The translations under genes and the position numbers were made by a program. Shown piece after piece: positions 1 through 8,563 of a DNA stretch of 50,775 bases. Every line of letters starts with the position of its first letter. The stretch's first letter is position 1. Origin of the DNA: Oscillospiraceae bacterium (GTDB lineage: Bacteria; Bacillota; Clostridia; Oscillospirales; Ruminococcaceae); NCBI GenBank assembly GCA_017828885.1, contig JAGADP010000134.1, forward strand, positions 1 through 50,775, written 5' to 3'. The notes under the pieces were generated by a model. The model searched no databases. It was not told the origin of the DNA and was given only the letters and a program-made list of their open reading frames with translations.

Positions 1-184
1 CTTCGTCTGTCGTATCTGCGGAGGTCTCGGCTTCGGCTTCGGTCTCGGTCTCAGCGGCAGTTTCCGTTTCTGTGACGGCTTCGCTCACGGGATCCACAGC
101 GGGTGCGGAAATCTCTGCCTTCTTGCCGCACCCCGTCAGGGCGAGGGCGCAGAACAGCAGGATCAGTGTTTTTGCATGTTTCAT
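1..184 (-). CDS. lipoprotein, N-terminal fragment (gene runs off the window start)
   Basis: ATG at 184-182 (rc), preceded by AAGGAGAG, gives MKHAKTLILLFCALALTGCGKK: a signal peptide plus lipobox. A T/E/A-rich linker follows, as in the next gene. Open to the window edge, so absent from the ORF track. Confidence 0.55.
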   Translation of the reverse strand, partial: MKHAKTLILLFCALALTGCGKKAEISAPAVDPVSEAVTETETAAETETEAEAETSADTTDE

Positions 185-258
185 AGATCTCTCTCCTTAT
201 CTTAGCTCGGGGTGTTTTTTGTACATTGTGTACATTATAAGACAAAATGCGCCATCTG

Positions 259-1962
259 TCAAGATGCAGTGTCCGGCTTGCTGGTAGAAATTTGCGACGG
301 ATCATACAGCGGCGTGTCCAGTCTGGACAGGCCGAGAAGCCGCTCATGCAGCCGGGTGCGATCCCAGAAATTGACATCCCTATACGCGCCAGCGCCGCCA
401 GGCGATAAGATCAGCCACGAATCGGAGAGCTTGATCGGCATATAGCAGTAGTGCCCGAAATAAGGCGGTTCCGAATCATAGCAGATGCCTGCTCGATCCA
501 GTGCTTCCTGCACAAGCATTGCTGCCTTATCTGCATCGAAGACATCCGGTGCTGCTGCATATTCCTCGCCGTCAATGGTAAGGGATTCCTTGTCCGGGGT
601 GCAGCTCTGGACAAGGTGCAATGTCTCCTTCAGACCGTTTTCCGTCAGGCTCAGAGCAGTGATGTCCATGCCATTATGGGTCTCATCCGTACCGTAGTCA
701 GAGAGTAACAGCAGTCTGCCGTCCTGTAGATAGAGATATGGGAGGAGGGTATTCAACTCCCGGCTTGCTGCCAGTGTACAGGTATCGTTCCCGATGCGGT
801 ACCAGTCGATAATGAGCGAAGTCCGCTCCGCACGGACGGTCAGCAGCTCCGGCTTGTCATCGCCGGTCAGGTCGGTCACGAGAGCGCTGATGATGCCCTG
901 TGCATTGTGGGGGAACTCCGGCGAGATGCCCTTTTCCTGATGATGCGCCAGGTCATAGGTGGCATAGCTGTCCGACAAGCCGTAGGCCGGGATCAGATCG
1001 GTGCGCAGAAAGCGGTAGGCGATCTCCTCCGGTGTGGAGGCGTTCTGTTCCCGCTGCAGGGCGGTAAAGTCGATGGCTGTCACAATGGAGTCGGTGAAGT
1101 AATCATGCCGCATGATGTCCTGCTGCTCCTGGAACATCCCGGAAACGATGCGGATGATCTGCCCCGACGCGATCATATCTGTCATGACCTCCGTATCCGG
1201 GATGCGGATGCCGCCTTCACGCAAAGCGTCAAGTGAAGCCTGTGCATACTGCGTAAACTGCGCATAGTAGTCGGATGCGGGAGACTGTAGCTTGCCGTTG
1301 ATGTAGAAGTCATACGTGCGCTGGTTTTCCCCGGACAGCTTTTCGCTGACATATTGCAGCACAGCAGTCTCCGCAAAGCTGCCGTCAGCGGCACTGAGGA
1401 CGGTATAGCGCTGGTAATAGGGTGCCGGGTCATCGTTCTTGTGCCCGTTATCGGTTGTTGTGCTGACAAGGAGCAGACTGTCATGCACAGAGAGGCTCAC
1501 GACCGGAGCGGGGGTGTTCTCTGCCGCCAGGCAGGTGCAGCTGTCGGCGAGCGCATAGCTTTCCCCGGTGGGCGTGTAGAGGTCAAGGATACACGCCTGT
1601 GCATCCTGCCGGACGATCAGCAGATCAGGCGTGCCGTCCCCGGTGAAGTCCCGCTCCAGGGCGCTGACGACGCCCTGTGCAGACTTCGGCGTCGGCTGTG
1701 CTGCATCGTAGGAGGTGAGCCCGGACAGACCGTATTGCGGGACAAGTGTATCATACAGCCATGCTGCCGCCTTTTCGGACAGCGGCGGCGGGGCAGGGAT
1801 CACTGTCTCCGTGGGTGCTTCGGTCTCCGGTCCTGTGAGAGCTTCGGTCTCTGCGGCAGTTTCCGTCACGGGTTCTGTCGGGGCGGAGGTGTCTGTCTGT
1901 GTGCTGCATCCTGTGAGGGTGAGGATGCAGAGCAATGCGGCCAGTGCCTTGACATATTTCAT
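259..1962 (-). CDS. secreted lipoprotein of unknown function with two internal ~250-aa repeats
   Basis: ORF 259..1980. Start moved to ATG 1962, which has AAGGAGG just upstream. MKYVKALAALLCILTLTGCS is a signal peptide plus lipobox, followed by an acidic T/E/A/P linker. Each half contains PxYGLS and a D(F/L)TGDxxP(D/E)LL motif (FG-GAP/VCBS-like loop). Confidence 0.75.
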   Translation of the reverse strand: MKYVKALAALLCILTLTGCSTQTDTSAPTEPVTETAAETEALTGPETEAPTETVIPAPPPLSEKAAAWLYDTLVPQYGLSGLTSYDAAQPTPKSAQGVVSALERDFTGDGTPDLLIVRQDAQACILDLYTPTGESYALADSCTCLAAENTPAPVVSLSVHDSLLLVSTTTDNGHKNDDPAPYYQRYTVLSAADGSFAETAVLQYVSEKLSGENQRTYDFYINGKLQSPASDYYAQFTQYAQASLDALREGGIRIPDTEVMTDMIASGQIIRIVSGMFQEQQDIMRHDYFTDSIVTAIDFTALQREQNASTPEEIAYRFLRTDLIPAYGLSDSYATYDLAHHQEKGISPEFPHNAQGIISALVTDLTGDDKPELLTVRAERTSLIIDWYRIGNDTCTLAASRELNTLLPYLYLQDGRLLLLSDYGTDETHNGMDITALSLTENGLKETLHLVQSCTPDKESLTIDGEEYAAAPDVFDADKAAMLVQEALDRAGICYDSEPPYFGHYCYMPIKLSDSWLILSPGGAGAYRDVNFWDRTRLHERLLGLSRLDTPLYDPSQISTSKPDTAS

Positions 1963-2093
1963 AGAACTTCCTCCTTTCAAAGAAATCGGGAGAACGCTCC
2001 CTTATTACATCCATTATAGGATAAAATGAGAGCAGTGTCAAGCGGAAGGGGGCTGCCTTTTGCCTTTGAAATGTAAAATGTTTGAAAAAACAC

Positions 2094-2122
2094 TTGCAAT
2101 TTCAGCCAAAAATGAGTATAAT
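2094..2122 (+). promoter_or_regulatory. sigma-A type promoter of ackA
   Basis: TTGCAA (2094-2099), 17-nt spacer, TATAAT (2117-2122), about 60 nt upstream of the ackA ATG. Confidence 0.55.
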
Positions 2123-2184
2123 AATATTGACTGCCCGGCGCAGGCGGGGCATCCTATATTTTTAAACTGAAAGGAAGAAAAACT

Positions 2185-3384
2185 ATGCTGATTTTAGTAG
2201 TCAATGCAGGCAGCTCTTCGCTGAAGTACCAGCTCCTGAACATGGAGGATGAGAGCGTTCTGGCAAAGGGCAACTGCGACCGCATCGGTATCGACGGTCA
2301 CGTCTCCCACAAGACCGCTGACGGCAGAGAGTATTCTGCTGACTGTGCATTCCCGACCCACACCGAGGCTTTCATGAAGCTCGTTGAGGTGCTGACCACC
2401 GGCGACGCTGCTGTCATCAAGGACATGAGCGAGATCTCCGCTGTCGGCCACAGAATCGTACAGGGCGCCGAGATCTTCTCCGAGACCACCCTCGTGACCG
2501 ATGAGGTCATCGACAAGATCGACGAGCTGCGCGAGCTGGCTCCGGTACACAACCATGCACATGCACTCGCACTGCGTGCCTGCAAGAAGGTGCTGCCGGC
2601 TTCCGTTCCGCAGGCTGTTGTATTCGATACCGCATTCCATGCCACCATGCCGGAGAAGGCCTTCATGTACGGCCTGCCGTATGAGGATTATGAGAACCTG
2701 CACGTAAGAAAGTACGGCTTCCACGGCACGTCTCACCGCTTCGTTTCCAAGGCGCTGGCAGAGGCAATGGGCAAGGATGTCAAGGATCTCAAGATCGTTT
2801 CCTGCCACCTCGGCAACGGCTCTTCTATCACTGCCATCGACGGCGGCAGATCCGTTGACACCACGATGGGCTTCACTCCCCTCGACGGCGTTCTGATGGG
2901 CACCCGTACCGGTGCGCTCGATCCGTCTGCTGTGACCTTCGTGATGGAGAAGCACGGCTTCACACCGGCAGAGATGAGCGACTACATGAACAAGAAGTCC
3001 GGCTTCCTGGGCGTTTCCGGCGTCGGCTCCGACAACCGCGACGTTTCCGCTGCAGCCGATCAGGGCAACAAGAGAGCACAGCTCTCCAAGGACATGCTCG
3101 TATACCAGATCAAGAAGTACATCGGTGCTTTTGCAGCTGCGATGAACGGTCTGGATGCAGTGCTGTTCACCGGCGGTATCGGTGAGAATGCGCCGGACGT
3201 TCGTGAGCAGGTATGCGCTGACATGGACATCCTCGGCATCAAGATCGACACCGTGACCAATGCCGGCATCCACGGCAAGCTCCAGAAGGTTTCCCGCGCT
3301 GATTCCAAGGTGCAGGTATGGGTCGTTCCGACCAACGAGGAGCTCCTGATCGCAAGAGATACACTGGCGCTGATCTCCAAGTAA
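2185..3384 (+). CDS. ackA: acetate kinase
   Basis: 399 aa. The N-terminal LVVNAGSSSLKYQL and the rest of the sequence are collinear with the acetate/propionate kinase family. RBS GAAAGGAAG upstream. Confidence 0.96.
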   Translation: MLILVVNAGSSSLKYQLLNMEDESVLAKGNCDRIGIDGHVSHKTADGREYSADCAFPTHTEAFMKLVEVLTTGDAAVIKDMSEISAVGHRIVQGAEIFSETTLVTDEVIDKIDELRELAPVHNHAHALALRACKKVLPASVPQAVVFDTAFHATMPEKAFMYGLPYEDYENLHVRKYGFHGTSHRFVSKALAEAMGKDVKDLKIVSCHLGNGSSITAIDGGRSVDTTMGFTPLDGVLMGTRTGALDPSAVTFVMEKHGFTPAEMSDYMNKKSGFLGVSGVGSDNRDVSAAADQGNKRAQLSKDMLVYQIKKYIGAFAAAMNGLDAVLFTGGIGENAPDVREQVCADMDILGIKIDTVTNAGIHGKLQKVSRADSKVQVWVVPTNEELLIARDTLALISK

Positions 3385-3391
3385 CAGACTT

Positions 3392-3423
3392 AAACAGGGG
3401 GCTTCGCGCTCCCTGTTTTTTAT
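3392..3423 (+). terminator. intrinsic terminator after ackA
   Basis: Stem AAACAGGG (3392-3399) / CCCTGTTT (3411-3418) followed by a T-run. Confidence 0.7.
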
Positions 3424-3454
3424 CGCATTTTTATAGAAGAAAGGGTAGAAAAGG

Positions 3455-3844
3455 ATGAAGGATATGTACAAAGAACTGATGGAAGCTGCCAAGCGGGCGC
3501 GGGCGAATGCCTATTGCCGCTATTCGCATTTTGCGGTGGGGGCAGCACTCCTGACGGAGGACGGGTCGGTCTTTACCGGCTGCAATGTGGAGAATGCCGC
3601 TTACGGCGAGTGCATCTGCGCCGAGCGGACGGCGGTCGTCAAGGCGGTCTCGGAGGGACACCGGAAGTTTGCGGCCATTGCGATATGCGGTGCGCCGGAG
3701 GACGAGGAGCCGGAGAAGCCCTGTCCGCCCTGCGGGGCCTGCCGGCAGGTATTGGCGGAGTTCGGCGGCGGCGAGATGCAGGTCATCCTGACGGATGGCG
3801 TGTACACTCTCGGGGCATTGCTGCCGGGTCGGTTCAGCCTGTAA
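3455..3844 (+). CDS. cdd: cytidine deaminase (homotetrameric type)
   Basis: 129 aa with the zinc-ligand motifs CAERTA and PCGACRQ. Confidence 0.9.
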   Translation: MKDMYKELMEAAKRARANAYCRYSHFAVGAALLTEDGSVFTGCNVENAAYGECICAERTAVVKAVSEGHRKFAAIAICGAPEDEEPEKPCPPCGACRQVLAEFGGGEMQVILTDGVYTLGALLPGRFSL

Positions 3845-3980
3845 AACGACGCAATCAAGCCATGTCAAAGCTCTTTGACAACGATTTTTGTCGTATGTCA
3901 AAGAGCTTTGGTTGCATTTTCACACCACATCTGCTATGATGAGAGCAGCAGGGGATCCACTGCTGAAAGGAGGACGCACG

Positions 3981-4580
3981 ATGGAGCTTGGCAAGACGAT
4001 CAAGAAGCTCAGAACGGAACAAGGCTGGTCACAGGAGACACTGGCGGAGAAGGCGTATGTCAGCCGTCAGACAGTCTCCAACTGGGAGACGGAAAAGAGC
4101 TACCCGGATGTACACAGCCTGCTGATCCTGAGCGATCTGTTCGGCGTGACACTGGACGATCTGGTGAAAGGAGATGTGGAGGTTATGAAAAACACGGTAC
4201 AGAATGAGGATGCAAAGACCCTGAAGGGGCTGCAATGGCTTGGCGTGGGGAGCCTGTTTGCACTGATGTTCGGTGTGACGGCATTGGTGGAGTACGGCGG
4301 CGAGACAGGTAAGCTGCTCGGATGCGTACTGGCCGGGGTGCTGGCGGTCGTGGCATTTCTGGCGTTCCATAAAATGGAGCAGCTCAAGGCAGAGAACGAC
4401 ATCCAGACCTACCGGGAGGTGCTGGCGTTCCTGCACGGTGAAACGCTCGACGATATCGAGAAGCAGCAGGAGCTCAAAAAGCGCAGCGCACGGAAAAAGC
4501 TGTACATCGGTGTGGCCGCGGTGGCGGGCGCAGAGCTTCTGTTTGCGGCGGGAATGCTGCTCTGGGAGCTCCTGCGGTGA
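3981..4580 (+). CDS. XRE-family HTH transcriptional regulator with C-terminal membrane segments
   Basis: ORF 3888..4580. Start moved to ATG 3981 after GAAAGGAGG. The HTH is LRTEQGWSQETLAEKAYVSRQTVSNWE. The C-terminal half has about 3 hydrophobic helices. Confidence 0.8.
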   Translation: MELGKTIKKLRTEQGWSQETLAEKAYVSRQTVSNWETEKSYPDVHSLLILSDLFGVTLDDLVKGDVEVMKNTVQNEDAKTLKGLQWLGVGSLFALMFGVTALVEYGGETGKLLGCVLAGVLAVVAFLAFHKMEQLKAENDIQTYREVLAFLHGETLDDIEKQQELKKRSARKKLYIGVAAVAGAELLFAAGMLLWELLR

Positions 4581-4644
4581 CGGGATATGGCATTATTCAT
4601 ATGAAAATCATACGAAATTTATGCAAGATTTTTGAAAATAGCAC

Positions 4645-4673
4645 TTGAAATTGCACGAAAACTATGCTATAAT
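4645..4673 (+). promoter_or_regulatory. orphan near-consensus promoter
   Basis: TTGAAA (4645-4650), 17 nt, TGcTATAAT (extended -10, TATAAT at 4668-4673). No plausible CDS lies downstream before the terminator. Confidence 0.45.
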
Positions 4674-4679
4674 AAGAAG

Positions 4680-4771
4680 TACAGTAAGACGCACAAACAT
4701 GCCTGGCTTTGCCGGCATCATCTATTGCTGAGAGCGGCACCCTGCGCGGGCGTGCCGCTCTTGGTTTTTTC
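4680..4771 (+). ncRNA. candidate small RNA (~90 nt), family unknown
   Basis: Predicted TSS about 7 nt after the -10. Hairpin ATGCC(T)GGC-TTT-GCCGGCAT lies at 4700-4719. The terminator stem AGAGCGGCAC (4731-4740) / GTGCCGCTCT (4752-4761) is followed by TGGTTTTTT. Only a 10-codon ORF without an RBS lies inside. Confidence 0.3.
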
Positions 4772-4773
4772 TG

Positions 4774-5505
4774 CTATGACGGGAGCTGCTGTGAAGCAGC
4801 ATAGTCCCCGCAGATCCGTTCCGGCGCGCCCTCAGCCCGGATGGTGCCGTCCTGTAGCCAGACACATCTGTCGCAGACGGCGCGGAGCTGTGCGGTATCG
4901 TGGGAGACGAGCAGGATCGCCGTGCCGCTGCGGCGTATCTCCTGCAAACGGGCGAAGCATTTTTCCTGAAAGGCGGCATCGCCCACGGCTAAGATCTCGT
5001 CGATCAGCAGAATGTCCGAATCCACATGCACGGCGACGGAAAACGCAAGCCGCATATACATCCCGGAGGAGTACGTCCGCACCGGGTCGTCGATGCGGTG
5101 CCCGAGCTCCGAAAAACGGATGATGGTCTCCATGCGGCGGTCTGTCTCGGCGCGGGTCAGCCCGAACACGGCGGCATTCGTGCGCAGGTTCTCACGCCCG
5201 GTGAGATCGGGGTGGAAGCCTGCGCCGAGCTCGAGGAGGGCGGACACTCTGCCGTGCAGCGTGATGCTGCCTTCGTCCGGGCAGAGGATGCGGCTGACGA
5301 GCTGGAGGATGGTGCTTTTTCCGCAGCCGTTGCGCCCGACCAGCCCGACCGCCTCGCCGGGGAGCACCCGGAGGTCGATGCCGTGCAAAACGGTGTGCCG
5401 GCCGGCTGAGGGATTCCGGAGAAAGAACAGGTCTTTGAGCTGGGTGCGGACAGAGCCGGCGGGGAAGGACTTGCTGACATGGCACAGCTCGATCGCGTAT
5501 TCCAT
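4774..5505 (-). CDS. ABC transporter ATP-binding protein, TagH/Wzt/KpsT-like (polysaccharide or teichoic-acid export type)
   Basis: Walker A GRNGCGKST, signature YSSGMYMRLAF, Walker B LLIDEILAVGD. Start moved to ATG 5505 (MEYAIEL) after GGAGG; it overlaps the permease stop codon by 1 nt. Confidence 0.88.
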   Translation of the reverse strand: MEYAIELCHVSKSFPAGSVRTQLKDLFFLRNPSAGRHTVLHGIDLRVLPGEAVGLVGRNGCGKSTILQLVSRILCPDEGSITLHGRVSALLELGAGFHPDLTGRENLRTNAAVFGLTRAETDRRMETIIRFSELGHRIDDPVRTYSSGMYMRLAFSVAVHVDSDILLIDEILAVGDAAFQEKCFARLQEIRRSGTAILLVSHDTAQLRAVCDRCVWLQDGTIRAEGAPERICGDYAASQQLPS

Positions 5506-6284
5506 CACAACACCTCCGCAAAGCGCTTTTGCAGGCATTCAAAGACATACCAGCCGATGACGAGCGCCGTCAGCCCTTGCGTGGCGGCACAGAGGAGCGC
5601 GGCCGGATCGGGCAGACTGCCGCTGTAGAGGATGTCCCGGTAGCAGCCGATCACCGAGGTCATGGGATTGAGCCGGAGCAAGATCCGGTAGCGCGCCGGG
5701 ATCATGGAGATGTCGTAGACGACCGGCGTCAGGTACATCCAGAGCATGGCGGCGATACTGAGGATGTGCTCCATATCGCGGAAATAGACCGTGACGGAGG
5801 ACGCCAGTAACGCCATGCCGAGGGCGAGGAAAAACTCCGCCGCCATGACTGCCGGCAGGAGTAGTAGCCCGCCCGGGCGGAGCTGTACACCGGACAAAAT
5901 CGCCGTCGGGAGGATGATAGCGAAGCACAGGAGCATGTTGATGAAGGCGCCCGTGACGTAGGCGGCGGGCAGCACGGCGCGGGGGAACCAGATCTTCTTG
6001 ACGAGCTCCTTCTGGGCGAGGACGCATGCCGCGCCACCCGTCAGCGATGCCGAGAAGAAGAGCCACGGCACAAGTGCGGTGAAGAGGAAGAGGTAATACC
6101 GGTCGATGCCGTTTTTCAGGATATGGGTGAAGACGATCGTGTAGACGCCGAGCTGCATGAGCGGGCTGACGAATGTCCAGAGAAAGCCGAGTGCGCTGCC
6201 TTTGTAGCGCCCCCGCAGATCCCGCCGCACCATGCAGACGATCATCTCACGGTAGGCATAGAGGGAACGAAGCTGTGTGAGCAT
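5505..6284 (-). CDS. ABC-2 type transporter permease (TagG/Wzm-like)
   Basis: ORF 5505..6365. Start moved to ATG 6284 (MLTQLRSLYAY) after AAAGGAG. About 6 TM helices. Translationally coupled to the ATPase. Confidence 0.85.
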   Translation of the reverse strand: MLTQLRSLYAYREMIVCMVRRDLRGRYKGSALGFLWTFVSPLMQLGVYTIVFTHILKNGIDRYYLFLFTALVPWLFFSASLTGGAACVLAQKELVKKIWFPRAVLPAAYVTGAFINMLLCFAIILPTAILSGVQLRPGGLLLLPAVMAAEFFLALGMALLASSVTVYFRDMEHILSIAAMLWMYLTPVVYDISMIPARYRILLRLNPMTSVIGCYRDILYSGSLPDPAALLCAATQGLTALVIGWYVFECLQKRFAEVL

Positions 6285-6460
6285 GGGGGACTCCTTTCTA
6301 TTGGTTTTTGTCGGCTGTCGCCGACTCAGGAGGGGAAGACTCCCCACGGGGTGGGGAGGTGGCACGAAGTGACAGAGGGGACGGGGTGTTCACCCTCGCC
6401 CCTCCTAAACCTCCCTCGGCAGGAGGCTGAGCCTCCTGCACCTGCATCTTATTTGCAATA

Positions 6461-6562
6461 GAAAAAGCGGGTCTGAGGGGGCGCAGCACCCTCCCCTTGT
6501 CCTCCCTCACGAAGTGGGGGAGGTGCCGCCGAACGGCGGCGGAGGGGGCGGCTTAGCAATGC
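6461..6562 (+). repeat. G-rich intergenic repeat R1, copy 1
   Basis: GAAAAAGCGGGTcTGAGGGgGCGCAGCACCC...GGGGGAGGTGCCGCCGAacGGCGGCGGAGGGGGCGG is nearly identical to 36989-37080. It contains hairpin GCCGCC-GAAC-GGCGGC. A related partial unit (GGGGAGGTGGCACGAAGTGACAGAGGGG) lies at ~6350-6380. Confidence 0.8.
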
Positions 6563-6613
6563 AGCTGCGATAGAGTTTGGGAACGGTCACTATCAGTATG
6601 CCCCAAAAATGCA

Positions 6614-6652
6614 GAAAAAAGCATACAGGCTCCCATCGGGAGCCTGTATGCC
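6614..6652 (-). terminator. intrinsic terminator after glgA
   Basis: On the minus strand GCATACAGGCTCCC-GAT-GGGAGCCTGTATGC is followed by TTTTTT (plus-strand A-run 6615-6620). Confidence 0.75.
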
Positions 6653-6701
6653 TGTGAAAATAATAAGGAGTGATAAGGTAATAAGCAAATTCAAGGGGGC
6701 A

Positions 6702-8150
6702 TCACTTGCCGAGGAGCCACTCATACATGCCCTCGTACTGACGCGCGGAGCTGCCCCAGGAGAAGTCCATCTCCATGCCGCGCTTGACCATCGCATCCCA
6801 CTCCTCGCGGTGGTTGAAGAATACCGACTTTGCATAGTTGACGGTATTGAGGAAGTCGTTTGCATTGAACGGCCCGAACGTGAAGCCGGTGCCGGTCTGC
6901 TCGTACTCGTTGTACGCCTCGACAGTGTCCTTCAGACCGCCTGTCTCACGCACGAGCGGTACGGTACCGTAGCGCAGTGCCATGAGCTGTGTCAGGCCGC
7001 AGGGCTCGAACTGAGACGGTACGAGCATCATATCTGCCGCTGCATACAGCTTGCGGGCAAGCTGGTCGTTGTAGCAGATGTTCGCGGAGCATCTGTCCGG
7101 ATAGCGGCCGGCGAAGTAGCGGAACATATTCTCATAGCCCGGCTCGCCTGTGCCGATCACAACGAACTGCGTGTTCTCATCGAGGAAGCGCTCGAAGACC
7201 TCGCCGAGCAGGTTCAGACCCTTCTGATCCGTCAGACGGGAGATGATGCCCACGAGCATGATGCGCGGATCCTCCGGGAGACCCAGTTCTGCCTGGAGCT
7301 GGCGTTTGTTCTCCGCCTTGCCCTTCTGGAAGTCATTGACATCGAAGTTGTAGAAGATCTTCTTGTCGGTCTTCGGGTTGAATGCATCGTAGTCGATGCC
7401 GTTCACAATGCCTCGCAGGGAAGCAGAGCGTGCGGATAACAGACCGCCGAGATGCTCGCCGTATTCGGCGGTTTTGATCTCCTCGGCATAGGTCTCGGAA
7501 ACAGTCGTGATATAGTCCGCATAGACCAGACCGCCCTTGAGCATGTTGGCATCACGATGAAACTCCAGCTTGTCCGGCGTGAACATGTAGTCCGGCAGAC
7601 CGGTGTTGTACTGGAAGGTCTTGATGTCCCACACGCCCTGGAAGCGCAGATTGTGGATGGTCATGATGGACTTGACACCCTGATAGAACGGGTGCGTTGC
7701 AAAGGTCGAGTGCAGCAGCACCGGGATCAGACCGGTCTGCCAGTCGTGGCAGTGGATGATCTCCGAGTGGAAGCCGATAACGGGCATCATTGCGAGCACG
7801 GCCTTGCAGAAGAAGGTGAAACGCTCGATGTCCCAGCGCAGATCGGAGCTGTACGGGGATTCGCCGTTGAAGTAGAATTCGTTGTCGACAAAGTAGTACT
7901 TGATCCCGTCGTACTCATATTCCATGATACCGACGTGTTCCTGACGGCCGGCATAGTCCATATAGAAGTGATGGCGATAATGGAAGAAGTTACGGTATCT
8001 GCCGGGAATGCAGGTGTAATACGGAATGATGACGCGAACGTCAAAACGCTCCTTGTCGAGGTTTTTGGGCAGGGCACCGACTACATCAGCCAGGCCGCCT
8101 GTCTTGACGAACGGTACACATTCGGAAGCAGCAAAAAGGATGTTGGTCAA
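6702..8150 (-). CDS. glgA: glycogen (starch) synthase
   Basis: KTGGLADV motif and full-length collinearity with GT5 glycogen synthases. TTG start at 8150 sits 6 nt after AAAGGAGGG. The ORF-track ATG at 8195 lies upstream of the predicted promoter -10. Confidence 0.92.
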   Translation of the reverse strand: MTNILFAASECVPFVKTGGLADVVGALPKNLDKERFDVRVIIPYYTCIPGRYRNFFHYRHHFYMDYAGRQEHVGIMEYEYDGIKYYFVDNEFYFNGESPYSSDLRWDIERFTFFCKAVLAMMPVIGFHSEIIHCHDWQTGLIPVLLHSTFATHPFYQGVKSIMTIHNLRFQGVWDIKTFQYNTGLPDYMFTPDKLEFHRDANMLKGGLVYADYITTVSETYAEEIKTAEYGEHLGGLLSARSASLRGIVNGIDYDAFNPKTDKKIFYNFDVNDFQKGKAENKRQLQAELGLPEDPRIMLVGIISRLTDQKGLNLLGEVFERFLDENTQFVVIGTGEPGYENMFRYFAGRYPDRCSANICYNDQLARKLYAAADMMLVPSQFEPCGLTQLMALRYGTVPLVRETGGLKDTVEAYNEYEQTGTGFTFGPFNANDFLNTVNYAKSVFFNHREEWDAMVKRGMEMDFSWGSSARQYEGMYEWLLGK

Positions 8151-8183
8151 CGTATATCCCTCCTTTGAAATTCGTCTATGCTT

Positions 8184-8212
8184 ATTATACCCCATTTGCC
8201 AGATATAGTCAA
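8184..8212 (-). promoter_or_regulatory. promoter of glgA
   Basis: The minus strand reads TTGACT (rc of 8207-8212), 17 nt, TATAAT (rc of 8184-8189). Confidence 0.55.
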
Positions 8213-8464
8213 GAGGTTTTACACATTATTCACAATTCTTTGTTAATTCCGCCAAATCCGACAGGCTTCTTCCGTATATGTATCATAAAATAAAAAAATA
8301 ACAGTGCATGAATAATCATAGCCATACAGGCCATACTGAAGACAGCGGAACCGCGGAATTCCCGGGAAAATCGCTTGTCCATGCAGGATATGCACTCTTT
8401 ATATAAAAATCATTGCTGGCGAAATGGTTTTATTGTTATAAATGCGGAAATTTCGCGAGAATCA

Positions 8465-8493
8465 TTGACGAATACAGGAAATTCCTGTATAAT
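8465..8493 (+). promoter_or_regulatory. promoter of the SCP2-domain gene with a palindrome in the spacer
   Basis: TTGACG (8465-8470), 17 nt, TATAAT (8488-8493). The spacer contains the perfect palindrome ACAGGAAATTCCTGT (8474-8488). Confidence 0.55.
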
Positions 8494-8563
8494 GAATTTG
8501 TAAAAAACAAATGCAATGGGACGCATTTCGGTGCGGCGCATGAAGCAAGAAAGGTGATTTACA

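Noticed and set aside
4632-5123. 163-aa Arg-rich plus-strand ORF starting in the intergenic region.
   Set aside because: It runs antisense through the ABC ATPase gene, has an extreme Arg/Ala/Pro composition and lacks an RBS. Its 5' part coincides with the promoter/terminator unit reported as a candidate sRNA.
6300-6562. R1 and R2 repeats as a CRISPR array.
   Set aside because: The copies are ~95-270 nt long, kilobases apart, in both orientations, and not separated by uniform spacers. No cas genes are present in the window.
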